In this document: positions 1 to 8,882 of the stretch, one piece after another
How the letters are laid out: every line of letters starts with the position of its first letter
Numbering within the stretch: the stretch's first letter is position 1
NCBI GenBank assembly: GCA_001799895.1
Contig: MGUI01000051.1
Location: 1-32,000 of the forward strand
Reading direction: 5' to 3'
Source of the DNA: Elusimicrobia bacterium GWD2_63_28
GTDB taxonomy: Bacteria > Elusimicrobiota > Elusimicrobia > Elusimicrobiales > UBA9959
Length of the DNA: 32,000 bases
Translations under genes and position numbers: made by a program
Notes under the pieces: model-generated
Told to the model about the DNA's origin: nothing
Databases searched by the model: none
The model's input: the letters and a program-made list of their open reading frames with translations, nothing else

Positions 1-144
1 GGCTCCGATTTCGGCGGCCGCAAGCTGACCGTGAACGAGGCTCGCCCGATGGAAGCCCGCCCCCGCTCCGGCGGTTTCGGCGGTGACCGCGGCGGCCGCG
101 GCGGCGATCGCGGTGGTCGCGGCGGCTACGGCGACAAGTGGTAA
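1..144 (+). CDS. 3' end of RRM-type RNA-binding protein with glycine/arginine-rich tail (partial)
   Basis: Frame 1 reads GSDFGGRKLTVNEARPMEARPRSGGFGGDRGGRGGDRGGRGGYGDKW*. 'GRKLTVNEARP' is the typical end of a bacterial RRM and is followed by a Gly/Arg/Asp tail; truncated at the window start. Confidence 0.85.
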   Translation, partial: GSDFGGRKLTVNEARPMEARPRSGGFGGDRGGRGGDRGGRGGYGDKW

Positions 145-167
145 TTTAAGATCCTTTAACGGTCTTA

Positions 168-198
168 AGCGCCCCGGGCAACCGGGGCGCTTTTTTTA
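168..198 (+). terminator. rho-independent terminator after RRM protein gene
   Basis: AGCGCCCCGG-GCAA-CCGGGGCGCT stem followed by a T tract. Confidence 0.85.
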
Positions 199-200
199 AT

Positions 201-273
201 TAGGGACAGCCCCCTATTTCCGGTCTCCCTGGCGCAACTCTGGAGGCTCCTTGGAAAATAGGGGCTGTCCCTA
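201..273. repeat. ~73 bp hyphenated palindrome (MITE/REP-like)
   Basis: Left arm TAGGGACAGCCCC(C)TATTT and right arm AAATAGGGGCTGTCCCTA are reverse complements apart from one extra C; located between a terminator and a promoter. Confidence 0.65.
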
Positions 274-284
274 TTTTTCAACCC

Positions 285-312
285 TTGACAGGTCAAGCGG
301 CTCTGCTATACT
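285..312 (+). promoter_or_regulatory. sigma70-like promoter for clostripain-family gene
   Basis: TTGACA (285-290), 16 nt spacer, TATACT (307-312). Confidence 0.6.
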
Positions 313-339
313 ATTAGCGATGGTTTTAAGGAGACCTAT

Positions 340-1590
340 ATGAAGAACATCCTGCTGCTGCCTCTCCTCCTGTCCCTGCTGGCGCCCGCCCTTAGCGCGG
401 AGGGCTCCGCGCTGGACGGGCTTAATTTCTCCTCCGTCTCGGGCGCCCCCGCCGTGCCGAAGCCGGTGCTGGAGAGATCCGCCCCGGCCGCGCCCAAGGA
501 ATGGACCGTTATGGTCTTCCTCAACGCCAAGAACGACCTGGAGCGCTTCGGCATGCAGGATATGAACGAAATGGAGAGGGTCGGCTCCTCGGACCAGGTC
601 AACGTGGTGGTGGAGATGGGCCGCATGGCCGGCTATGATTCCTCGGACGGGGACTGGACCGGCGTGCGCCGCTACTATGTCACCCGCGACTCCAACACCC
701 GCCGCATCAGCTCCCGGGTGGTGGAGGACATGGGCGCCGTGAACATGGGCGACGCCGACGAGTTGCGCAAGTTCGTGACCTGGGCCAAGCGGCAGTACCC
801 CGCCAGGCGCTACGCCCTGGTGGTCTGGAACCACGGCAGCGGCTGGCTGCGCGGCAACCCCGCCCCGTACGAGGGCAAGGGCATCTCTTACGACGAAGAG
901 ACCGGCAACAATATAGATACTCCCCAGCTGCGCCGCTCCATAGCGGACGCCGGCGGCGTGGACCTGCTGGCCTCGGACGCCTGCCTGATGCAGATGGCCG
1001 AGGTGGCCTACGAGGTGCGGAGCGCCGCCAAGTACATGGTGGGCTCCGAGGAGACCGAGCCGGGCGCAGGCTATGACTATCGCAAGGTGCTGCTGCCGCT
1101 GACGCTGCTGCCCTCCATGAGCACGGCCAACTTCGGGCGCGTGATAGTGGCGGCCTACTGGGACAACAACAAGATAGGCCGCGACGTGGCCACGCATTCC
1201 ATCCTGGACCTGTCCAAGGCCACCGGGCTGGCGCAGCGCATGCACGCTTTCGCCCGCACGGCCATGGCCTCCACCGACAAGGCCGTCATCCAGCGGGCGC
1301 GCGCCGACGCCCAGAGCTACGCCATCGGGGACAATAAGGACCTTAAACACTTCGCGCAACTGACGGCCGACCGGGCCACCGACGCGAACCTGAAGGCGGC
1401 CGCCCGCTCCCTGGTCTCTTTCATCGACGACGAGCTGGTGGTGCTGAACATGACCAGCATCATCCCGCGCAGCAATTCGGGGGGGATAGCCGCCTACCTG
1501 CCTACGGGCGCGGTCAGCCCGGACTTCGCCGCGCTGCAACTGTCGCAGGGCACGCAGTGGGACGAGTTCCTGGCCTGGCAGGCCCGTTAA
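340..1590 (+). CDS. secreted clostripain-family (peptidase C11) cysteine protease
   Basis: Signal peptide; EWTVMVFLNAKNDLE, VVWNHGSGW and LLASDACLMQMAEVAYEVR motifs typical of C11 peptidases. Confidence 0.85.
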   Translation: MKNILLLPLLLSLLAPALSAEGSALDGLNFSSVSGAPAVPKPVLERSAPAAPKEWTVMVFLNAKNDLERFGMQDMNEMERVGSSDQVNVVVEMGRMAGYDSSDGDWTGVRRYYVTRDSNTRRISSRVVEDMGAVNMGDADELRKFVTWAKRQYPARRYALVVWNHGSGWLRGNPAPYEGKGISYDEETGNNIDTPQLRRSIADAGGVDLLASDACLMQMAEVAYEVRSAAKYMVGSEETEPGAGYDYRKVLLPLTLLPSMSTANFGRVIVAAYWDNNKIGRDVATHSILDLSKATGLAQRMHAFARTAMASTDKAVIQRARADAQSYAIGDNKDLKHFAQLTADRATDANLKAAARSLVSFIDDELVVLNMTSIIPRSNSGGIAAYLPTGAVSPDFAALQLSQGTQWDEFLAWQAR

Positions 1591-1608
1591 AGCCAGGCGC
1601 AACCGCCA

Positions 1609-1642
1609 AAGCCGCCGCCCCTTAAAAGGCGGCGGTTTTTTT
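1609..1642 (+). terminator. rho-independent terminator
   Basis: CCGCCGCC-CCTTAAAA-GGCGGCGG followed by TTTTTTT. Confidence 0.8.
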
Positions 1643-1691
1643 ATGCCTTGGCCGCCTGTTGCGCATAGCGCTTTGCGGCATTGGCATAGCC

Positions 1692-1735
1692 TTGACAAAG
1701 TTGTTATACGGATGTATAATTAAACAGTCGTATAA
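1692..1735 (+). promoter_or_regulatory. consensus promoter with overlapping inverted repeat (candidate TetR autoregulatory operator)
   Basis: TTGACA (1692-1697), 17 nt, TATAAT (1715-1720). TTATACG (1704-1710) is mirrored by CGTATAA (1729-1735). Confidence 0.6.
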
Positions 1736-1750
1736 TAATCCGGAGGAACT

Positions 1751-2380
1751 ATGGCAAGACCGCCGTCGGGAACAGATCTGAAACTTAAGGCCGCGGGCAG
1801 GCAATTGCTGCGAGAGCAGGGGATAACCGGCCTGACCGTGCGCGGCGCCTGCCGCGCCGCGGGGGTGAATACCGGCATGTTCCACTACTATTTCGGCTCC
1901 AAGGAGGAATTCCTTCAGGCTGTCCTCAAGGAAATGTACGCCGAATTTATGCTAAATTTCAAGGCGGGGGTTTCCGCGGGCGGCACGCCGCGGCAAAGGC
2001 TTAAGAACGCTCTGGTGGAAGTGGGCAGGTTCGCGCTCGGCATGCGCAAAACGGCGCCCATGCTGTTCGCGGACATGGCGCACGGCAAGACAGAGGCTTT
2101 CTCTTTCGCCAGTTCCAACCTGACCGAGCATATACGCCACATTGCGGCCCTGGCCGCCCAATGCCGCCCGGCTTCGGCGGTAAAAGAGCGCTCGGTCCCT
2201 TTCATGCTGGCGGCGCTGGTGCCAGTGATGATCTTTCCCGTGCTGGTGGCCGGCATCATGGAGCGCAACGGGGTAAAGAAACTGGGCGGGCTCTCGCTGG
2301 AGGAGCTGCGCGGCGAGATACTGTCCGACGAGGGTGTGGCCGCGAGGGCGGAAATAGCGCTGAGGGGTCTGGGGCTATGA
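1751..2380 (+). CDS. TetR family transcriptional regulator
   Basis: N-terminal helix-turn-helix 'GITGLTVRGACRAAGVNTGMFHYYFGSKEEFLQAV'; ATG preceded by GGAGG. Confidence 0.9.
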   Translation: MARPPSGTDLKLKAAGRQLLREQGITGLTVRGACRAAGVNTGMFHYYFGSKEEFLQAVLKEMYAEFMLNFKAGVSAGGTPRQRLKNALVEVGRFALGMRKTAPMLFADMAHGKTEAFSFASSNLTEHIRHIAALAAQCRPASAVKERSVPFMLAALVPVMIFPVLVAGIMERNGVKKLGGLSLEELRGEILSDEGVAARAEIALRGLGL

Positions 2381-3723
2381 AATTAATATTATTCCTTCTT
2401 ATACTGGCGGTGCCGGCCGGCGCGGCCGAGCTTTCGCTTACGCTGAAATCCGCGGAGGACAGCGCCCTGGCCGTTTCCAACCAGTACCGGGCGGCTAAAC
2501 TTTCGGCGGAGGCGGCCGAAGCCTCGGCGGCGGCGGCCGGAGCCCTGCTCAGCCCGCGCTTCGCCCTGGAGGGCAGCCTGCGCTATGTCCACGTGGTGCC
2601 GGAGATAGCCATGCCCGCTGCCCTGGGCGGCCCCAAGCCGCTGAGCGACAACTGGAATTATTCGGTCGGCCCTTCGGCCTATTGGACCTTTTTCGACGGC
2701 GGCGTCCTGAGCTCGGGCAGGAGCGCGGCGCGCAGGACGGCTGCCGCCCGCCGGGCCGAGGCTGAGCATGTCCGCCGGCAGACCGTGCTGAAGGCGCGGC
2801 AAGCCTACTTCCAGCTGCAGCTGGCGCTGGAGCGGGTTTACCTGATAGGAGAGAACCTGCAGCTTTCGCTGTCGCAGCTCAAGGATATAACGCTTGGCGC
2901 CAAGGCCGGGTCGCGCAGCCGGCTCGACGAAATTCGCGCCCGGCAGGAGACGCTGGCCCGCCGCCGCGACCTGGTGCGCGCGCGGGCGGACCTGGGCGCG
3001 GCGCTCAGGGAATTCGGCTTCCTGACCGGCCTGGAGCCGCCGGCTGGCGCCGCCTTCCCCATAGACTCCCGCTTGGCGGGGCGCGACTTGGGCGGGGCGC
3101 AGGAGGCCGAACTGTTCATAAAAGCCGAGCCCTACGCCGAGATGAGCGGCCGCCTGCTGCCGGCGGCAGACGGCAGCCTGGATAAGGCCCTTCCTTCGGT
3201 GACGGCCCTTGAGAATTCGGCCCGCGCCTTCAGCGCCCTGGCCGGCGGGCACAAGGCCGAGCGGCTGCCGCGCCTGACGCTGGGCGCGCGCTCGTCGCTG
3301 GATTACCCTAACGGCCCCAACCTTTATTCGTTCATCCAGAACTCGGCTTCGCTGTCGCTCTCGCTGCCCTTGTTCGAGGGCGGCCGCTCTTCGGATAAAC
3401 GCAAGGAGCATGAGCTGAACGCGGCCGCCGCTTCGGAGCGCCGCGGCGAGGCGGCGCTGGCCGCGGAGAAAGATTTCAGGAAGGCGCTGGATGCCTACTC
3501 CGCCCTGCTGGCCGAGCAGGAGATAAACATAGAGGCTGTAGACGACTCCGTTGAAGCTTCGAAGCTGGCCTATGAGGCTTACAAGGCCGGCGGCGGTACC
3601 TGGCTGGAGGTGGAGAGCGCCAACCTGAAGGCGCTGCAGGCCAAAACCATGGCGGCCACGGCTAACGCGGAGATACTTATAAAACTTGCTTTACTCGACA
3701 GTCTTACCGGGAGCGTGAAATAG
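2377..3723 (+). CDS. TolC-family outer membrane efflux protein
   Basis: Start set at ATG 2377 (MKLILFLLILAVPAGAAELSLTLKSAEDSALAVSNQYR), overlapping the TetR gene stop; duplicated coiled-coil OEP architecture. The ORF track start at 2161 is too far upstream. Confidence 0.88.
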   Translation: MKLILFLLILAVPAGAAELSLTLKSAEDSALAVSNQYRAAKLSAEAAEASAAAAGALLSPRFALEGSLRYVHVVPEIAMPAALGGPKPLSDNWNYSVGPSAYWTFFDGGVLSSGRSAARRTAAARRAEAEHVRRQTVLKARQAYFQLQLALERVYLIGENLQLSLSQLKDITLGAKAGSRSRLDEIRARQETLARRRDLVRARADLGAALREFGFLTGLEPPAGAAFPIDSRLAGRDLGGAQEAELFIKAEPYAEMSGRLLPAADGSLDKALPSVTALENSARAFSALAGGHKAERLPRLTLGARSSLDYPNGPNLYSFIQNSASLSLSLPLFEGGRSSDKRKEHELNAAAASERRGEAALAAEKDFRKALDAYSALLAEQEINIEAVDDSVEASKLAYEAYKAGGGTWLEVESANLKALQAKTMAATANAEILIKLALLDSLTGSVK

Positions 3724-3724
3724 T

Positions 3725-4450
3725 ATGAAAAAGAAAATAATACCGCTGGTCCTTATCGCCGTTATCGGCGTTCTGGCCTTCCTGAAAATGAGGAGCGGGG
3801 GGGATTTCCGCTACGCCGGCACCATAGAGGCCACCGAGATAGACCTATCGGCGCGCATCCCCGGCGTGATAGATTCCTACGGCGCGCGGGAGGGCGACCC
3901 GGTGAAGAAAGGCCAGGTTATCGCGTCCCTCGACTGCGCCGACTTGCGCCTGGCCGCGGGCATAGCCTCCGAAGACTTTAAGCGTGCCGAAGAGCTCTAC
4001 GCCGGCGGTTCGGTATCTAAAGAGAATTACGACCGGCTGAAATACCGGCGCGACGACTCCGCCCTGAAGGTGGACTGGTGCGCGGTAAAATCCCCTTCCG
4101 CCGGGCGCCTGCTCTACGCCTACCGGGAGAAGGGAGAACTGGTGGCTCCGGGCACGAAGCTTGCCACGGTAGCCGACCTGTCCGAGGTGTGGGCCTATAT
4201 CTATGTGCCGCACGACCTGCTGGCGAAGCTGAGCGCCGGGATGGAGGTGCAGGGCTACCTGCCCGAGGCCGGCGACAAGGAATTCGCCGGGCGTATCTCC
4301 GTAATTTATTCCGAGGCGGAGTTCACGCCGAAGAACGTGCAGACCCGCAAAGAGCGCACGCGCCTGGTCTTCGCGGTAAAGGCGGCCTTTCCCAACCCTG
4401 GCGAGACCCTGAAGCCCGGGATGACCATAGAGGTCAAACTGCCGGAGTAA
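3725..4450 (+). CDS. HlyD/YbhG-like periplasmic adaptor (membrane fusion) protein
   Basis: 'GTIEATEIDLSARIPGVIDSYGAREGDPVKKGQVIASLD' lipoyl/barrel-sandwich domain and C-terminal 'PGMTIEVKLP'. Confidence 0.88.
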   Translation: MKKKIIPLVLIAVIGVLAFLKMRSGGDFRYAGTIEATEIDLSARIPGVIDSYGAREGDPVKKGQVIASLDCADLRLAAGIASEDFKRAEELYAGGSVSKENYDRLKYRRDDSALKVDWCAVKSPSAGRLLYAYREKGELVAPGTKLATVADLSEVWAYIYVPHDLLAKLSAGMEVQGYLPEAGDKEFAGRISVIYSEAEFTPKNVQTRKERTRLVFAVKAAFPNPGETLKPGMTIEVKLPE

Positions 4451-4454
4451 AGAC

Positions 4455-5180
4455 ATGAGCGCATTTTCGATAAAGACAAAGACACTAAAAAAGGACTTCG
4501 GCGCCGTGCAGGCGCTGAAGGGTGTGTCTTTCGATTTTTCGGAAGGATTGTTGCACGGCCTGATAGGCTCCAACGGGGCGGGCAAGACCACCACCATGCG
4601 GCTGCTGGCCGGGTTGCTGAAGCCGTCGGCCGGGAGCGTCAGCTATTTCAAGGACGGCGCCCCGGCCGCTTTCGCCGACCTGCGCCCCAGCCTGGCCTAT
4701 ATGCCGCAGCAGGCGAGCCTCTACCCGGACCTGTCCATCGACGAGCACCTGGAGTTCTTCCGGGCCCTTTACCGGCTGGACGCCGCAACCTACGCGCGCC
4801 GCTCGAAGGAACTGCTCGGGATAACCAGGCTGGACAAGTTCAGGGAGCGCCGCGCCGGCCAGCTCTCCGGCGGCATGTACAAGAAGCTCGGCCTCATGTG
4901 CGCGCTGCTGCAGTCCCCTTCGGTGCTGCTGCTCGACGAGCCCACTAACGGCGTAGACCCCATCAGCCGCCGCGAGTTCTGGGAGCTGCTGTATGCCCTG
5001 GGGGCGGACAGGATACTTGTGGTAGTTTCTACCGCGTACATGGACGAGGCCGAGCGCTGCGCGCGAGTGCACCTGCTCGACGACGGCACGCTATTGGCAT
5101 CGGGCGAGCCGCGGGCCGTGCTGAAGGAGCGGAGTGCGGCCAGCTTCGAGGAGATATTCATAAAGGGGGCCAACGGATGA
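4455..5180 (+). CDS. ABC transporter ATP-binding protein (YbhF N-half-like)
   Basis: Walker A GSNGAGKTT, signature LSGGM, Walker B LLLDEPTNGVDP. Confidence 0.92.
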   Translation: MSAFSIKTKTLKKDFGAVQALKGVSFDFSEGLLHGLIGSNGAGKTTTMRLLAGLLKPSAGSVSYFKDGAPAAFADLRPSLAYMPQQASLYPDLSIDEHLEFFRALYRLDAATYARRSKELLGITRLDKFRERRAGQLSGGMYKKLGLMCALLQSPSVLLLDEPTNGVDPISRREFWELLYALGADRILVVVSTAYMDEAERCARVHLLDDGTLLASGEPRAVLKERSAASFEEIFIKGANG

Positions 5181-6103
5181 CCGCCGGCCCCGCCCTGGAG
5201 GTGAAAGGCCTCTCCATAAAGTTCGGCGAGTTCACCGCCGTGGACGAGGTCTCCTTCACGGTAGAGCGCGGGGAGATCTTCGGCTTCCTGGGCGCCAACG
5301 GCGCGGGCAAGACCACCACCATCAGGATGCTTTGCGGCCTGCTGATCCCTTCTTCCGGCTCGGCCCTGGTGGGCGGGCTGGGCTTTGCAGACGGCGGCAA
5401 AGGCATAAAGAAGATAGTGGGCTACATGTCCCAGAAGTTCACGCTTTACAACGATCTGACCGTCGGGGAGAACCTGGATTTCGCCGCCGGCCTGCGCAAA
5501 CTGGAACCGCGCTACGCCGCGAAACGCCGGAGGGAATTATTCGGGCTGATAGGCTTTGACCGCCCGCTCAATACGCTGGTGGCTTCGCTGCCCGGCGGGG
5601 TGAAGCAGGAGCTGGCGCTGGCCGCGGCCATGCTGCACGACCCGGAGATAGTCTTCCTCGACGAGCCCACCTCGGGCGTGGCCCCGGCCTCGCGCGCCCG
5701 TTTCTGGGCGCTGATACGCAAGGTCACCGCGCTCGGCAAGACGGTGATAGTGACCACCCATTATATGGACGAGGCCGAGCAATGCGGCCGCATAGCCCTG
5801 ATGCGCACCGGCCGGCTGATAGCGCTGGGTTCGCCTGACGAGCTGAAGGCCTCGGCCTTCCCGGGGCCCATGACCGAGCTGGACTTCAACGGGTCCGCTC
5901 CTGCTGCTTTTCTGGAGAATCTTGAAAAGGCCCCCGGCCTGCTGGAACTCTCGCCGCACGGCATGCGCTGGCACGCAGCTTTTAAAGATAAAGCGGCGAT
6001 GGAAGCCGCGCTGGCCGCCCTGCCGGCCGCCGCATCGTGCACCCTCATTAAACCTTCGCTCGAGGACGTGTTCATCCGCCTCGTAGAGGGGGTGGAGAGG
6101 TGA
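5177..6103 (+). CDS. ABC transporter ATP-binding protein (YbhF C-half-like)
   Basis: Walker A GANGAGKTT, signature-position LPGGV, Walker B VFLDEPTSGVAP; overlaps the preceding gene by 4 nt. Confidence 0.92.
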   Translation: MTAGPALEVKGLSIKFGEFTAVDEVSFTVERGEIFGFLGANGAGKTTTIRMLCGLLIPSSGSALVGGLGFADGGKGIKKIVGYMSQKFTLYNDLTVGENLDFAAGLRKLEPRYAAKRRRELFGLIGFDRPLNTLVASLPGGVKQELALAAAMLHDPEIVFLDEPTSGVAPASRARFWALIRKVTALGKTVIVTTHYMDEAEQCGRIALMRTGRLIALGSPDELKASAFPGPMTELDFNGSAPAAFLENLEKAPGLLELSPHGMRWHAAFKDKAAMEAALAALPAAASCTLIKPSLEDVFIRLVEGVER

Positions 6104-7215
6104 ACGCTTTTAACCTGCACCGGGCTTATTCCGTGGCGCGCAAAGAGGTCATGCATATCCTGCGCGACCCGTTCACGCTGGCGCTGGCGCTGGGCCTGCC
6201 GGTGATGCTGGTCACCTTCTTCGGCTACGCTATAGATTTCGAGGTGCGCGATATCAAGGTGGCCGTGGCCGACCGCGACAACGGCCCCGCCGCCCGCCGC
6301 CTCAAGGAGATCTTCGCCGCCTCCGGCTACTTCCGCGTCCTGGAGCCCGCCGGCAACCCGGTAGAGATGCTGGATTCGCGCCGCGCCGACGCCGCGCTTT
6401 TTATAGAGCCTGGCTTCTCACGCGACGCGCTGGGCGGCCGCCCGGCCAGGGTCCAGTTCGTGCTGGACGGCAGCGACAATTCCAAGGGCGCGGTGATGAT
6501 GGGCTACCTGCCCGGCATACAGCGGGCGGCCGCGACGCGCCTCTACGGGGTGGAGCCGCCCCCGGCGCCGCTCTCTATCGAGACGCGTTTCCTGTTCAAC
6601 CCTGAGCTCAGCAGCCGCTGGTTCATGGTGCCGGGCCTGGGCGCCATCATCATAGGCCTGCTCGCCATCCTGCTCACCGCCATGACGGTGGCGCGCGAAT
6701 GGGAGAACGGCTCTATGGAACTGCTGCTCTCCACTCCGGTGCGGCCGCTGGAAATCATCATCGGCAAGCTCGCGCCTTACGGCCTGCTGGTGCTCATCGG
6801 CGTGTTCTTCGTCTACCTCTCCGCGCGGCTGGTGTTCGGCGTGCCCTTCCTTGGCTCCCACCTGCTGTTCCTGCTCGCTTGCCTGCTCTTCATCACGGCG
6901 GCGCTGTCGCAGGGGCTGTTCATCTCGGTGGTCACGCGCCAGCAGCAGGTGGCCATGCAGGTGGGCATCATCTCCGGCCTGCTGCCTTCCATGCTGCTGT
7001 CCGGCTTCATCTTCCCGGTGGAGAGCATGCCGGCCTTCTTCCAGTATTTCACCATGATCCTGCCGCCCAGGTGGTTCATGGAGGCCGCGCGCGGCATCTT
7101 CCTGAAAGGCTCCGGGCTGGCGGAGCTCGCCGTGCCGCTCCTGGCGCTGGCGGGCTTGAGCCTGCTGCTGCTGGCGCTGGCGCTTAAAAAATTCAAGACG
7201 GACCTGGAGCCCTGA
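6100..7215 (+). CDS. ABC-2 type permease (YbhS-like)
   Basis: ABC-2 membrane domain with 'LLSTPVRPLEIIIGKLAPYGLLVLI' and 'PPRWFMEAARGIFLKG'. Confidence 0.9.
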   Translation: MNAFNLHRAYSVARKEVMHILRDPFTLALALGLPVMLVTFFGYAIDFEVRDIKVAVADRDNGPAARRLKEIFAASGYFRVLEPAGNPVEMLDSRRADAALFIEPGFSRDALGGRPARVQFVLDGSDNSKGAVMMGYLPGIQRAAATRLYGVEPPPAPLSIETRFLFNPELSSRWFMVPGLGAIIIGLLAILLTAMTVAREWENGSMELLLSTPVRPLEIIIGKLAPYGLLVLIGVFFVYLSARLVFGVPFLGSHLLFLLACLLFITAALSQGLFISVVTRQQQVAMQVGIISGLLPSMLLSGFIFPVESMPAFFQYFTMILPPRWFMEAARGIFLKGSGLAELAVPLLALAGLSLLLLALALKKFKTDLEP

Positions 7216-7216
7216 T

Positions 7217-8314
7217 ATGAACCAGACGCTCAAGGCTTTTATAAAGAAAGAACTGGTGCAGACGCTGCGCGACGTGCGCATGCGGATACTGCTCTTCGGC
7301 GCCCCGATACTTCAGCTCACTATCTTCGGCCTGGCGCTGTCGAGCGAGATCAAGAACATCAAGCTTGCGGTGTTCAGCCAGCCGGGCGACACGGCGGCGG
7401 TGCGGCTCGCGGACGATTTCTACTCTTCGGGCTGGTTCAAGCCGGCGCTCTTTTCGCCCGGCGAGGACGCATTCGAGCTCATCGGTTCCGGCCGGGCCGA
7501 CGCGGTGCTGATCATGCCGCCCGGGGGCTTGGGCCGTGCGGCCGGGCGGAGCGAGGGGAAAATGCAGCTCCTGGTGGACGCTTCCAACGCCACCAAGGCC
7601 CGGGTGGTGGAGGGCTACGCCAAAACCATAACTGCCAGGGCCGCCGCGGCCTACGGAGCGCCGCCGGCGCAGGCGCTGTCCTTCGACGTGCGGGTGCTCT
7701 ACAACCCCGCCATGGAGTCCGCCCTGTTCCTGGTGCCCGGCGTGGTGGGCATGCTCATCTGCCTGGTCACCATCATACTTACCGCCATGTCGCTCACGCG
7801 CGAGCGGGAGCTGGGCACCTTCGAGACCATAGTCTCCGCGCCGCTCTCCGACGGGGAGATCCTGCTCGGCAAGACGCTGCCTTTCGTCCTGCTGGGGATG
7901 GCCGTCTTCGTGCTGGTGCTGACGGCGGCCCATTTTATATTCGGCGTGCCGGTGCGCGGGCCGCTGTGGCAGCTGTTCCTGGCGGCCTTCGTGTTTATCA
8001 TAACCACCGTGAGCGTGGGCACTTGCATCTCCACGCTGGCCCGCAACCAGCAGCAGGCCATGCTGGGCGGCTTCATGTTCCTGTTCCCGGCCATCCTGAT
8101 GAGCGGCATCATGTACCCGGTGGAGAACATGCCGCCGTCCGTCATCGCCGCCGCCTACCTGGACCCGCTGATGTATTTCATGCGGCTGCTGCGGAGTATA
8201 ATGTTAAAAGGCGGCGATCTGCACGTTTTCTGGACCAATGTGGGCGCGCTGGCGCTGATGGCGGCTTTCGCCGCCGGGCTGGCGTACAATCGTTTCAGGC
8301 AGACGCTGGACTAG
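7217..8314 (+). CDS. ABC-2 type permease (YbhR-like)
   Basis: Paralog of the preceding gene; 'TFETIVSAPLSDGEILLGKTLPFVLLG', 'LDPLMYFMRLLRSIMLKG'. Confidence 0.9.
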   Translation: MNQTLKAFIKKELVQTLRDVRMRILLFGAPILQLTIFGLALSSEIKNIKLAVFSQPGDTAAVRLADDFYSSGWFKPALFSPGEDAFELIGSGRADAVLIMPPGGLGRAAGRSEGKMQLLVDASNATKARVVEGYAKTITARAAAAYGAPPAQALSFDVRVLYNPAMESALFLVPGVVGMLICLVTIILTAMSLTRERELGTFETIVSAPLSDGEILLGKTLPFVLLGMAVFVLVLTAAHFIFGVPVRGPLWQLFLAAFVFIITTVSVGTCISTLARNQQQAMLGGFMFLFPAILMSGIMYPVENMPPSVIAAAYLDPLMYFMRLLRSIMLKGGDLHVFWTNVGALALMAAFAAGLAYNRFRQTLD

Positions 8315-8322
8315 GAGAATAT

Positions 8323-8661
8323 ATGGCTAAAATAGAAAAGAAGGAAGATCTGCGCGGCAAGGCCCTGAAGGCCAAAGACCTGGTGGGCTATGACGCGGGC
8401 GCGGTGGTCAGCCGCACGATAATACAGAAGCCGGTGGGCACGGTAACCATCTTCTCGTTCGACAAGGGGCAGGGCTTGAGCGAGCATACCGCCCCGTTCG
8501 ACGCGATGGTGGAGATCCTCGACGGCGAGGCGGAGATCCTGATAGACCGCAAGCCGGTAAAGGTGAAGGCGGGGGAATTCATCATCATGCCCGCCAACCG
8601 CCCGCACGCCCTGAAGGCCGTGAAGAAGTTCAAGATGGCGCTGATAATGATAAAGGCCTGA
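8323..8661 (+). CDS. small single-domain cupin protein
   Basis: MAKIEKKEDLRGKALKAKDLVGYD...GLSEHTAPFDAMVEILDGEAEILIDRKPVKVKAGEFIIMPANRPHALKAV; RBS AGGAG upstream. Confidence 0.88.
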   Translation: MAKIEKKEDLRGKALKAKDLVGYDAGAVVSRTIIQKPVGTVTIFSFDKGQGLSEHTAPFDAMVEILDGEAEILIDRKPVKVKAGEFIIMPANRPHALKAVKKFKMALIMIKA

Positions 8662-8668
8662 CATTGCC

Positions 8669-8747
8669 GGGGACGTTGATCCCTAATTCCTAATTTATGC
8701 GATCAGTTGGCAAGGGTTAGACTTAGGAATTAGGAATCAAAGTCCAC
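8669..8747. repeat. ~80 bp hyphenated palindromic element, copy A
   Basis: GGGGACGTTGATCCCTAATTCCTAA ... TTAGGAATTAGGAATCAAAGTCC, with conserved core TTGGCAAGGGTTA at 8707-8719. Confidence 0.75.
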
Positions 8748-8763
8748 ATGCTGAATCTGCCCC

Positions 8764-8791
8764 TTGACATAATCGCCTCCTCTGTTAGAAT
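8764..8791 (+). promoter_or_regulatory. sigma70-like promoter
   Basis: TTGACA (8764-8769), 16 nt, TAGAAT (8786-8791). Confidence 0.55.
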
Positions 8792-8840
8792 ATAGGGGTA
8801 ATGACGCATCGTTGCCCTGTGTTTTAACAGCATGCTTATC

Positions 8841-8876
8841 CCCGCTCCCCGCGAAGGGGGGGCGGGATTTTTATTT
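8841..8876 (+). terminator. candidate leader attenuator/terminator hairpin
   Basis: CCCGCTCCCC-GCGAAG-GGGGGCGGG stem (one G-U pair) followed by ATTTTTATTT, between the promoter and the start codon at 8883. Confidence 0.5.
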
Positions 8877-8882
8877 ATCTCA

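Noticed and set aside
271-1698. 475 aa minus-strand ORF opposite the clostripain gene
   Set aside because: Low-complexity R/G/H/A-rich shadow ORF, a typical GC-rich antisense artefact; the plus strand encodes a clear C11 peptidase.
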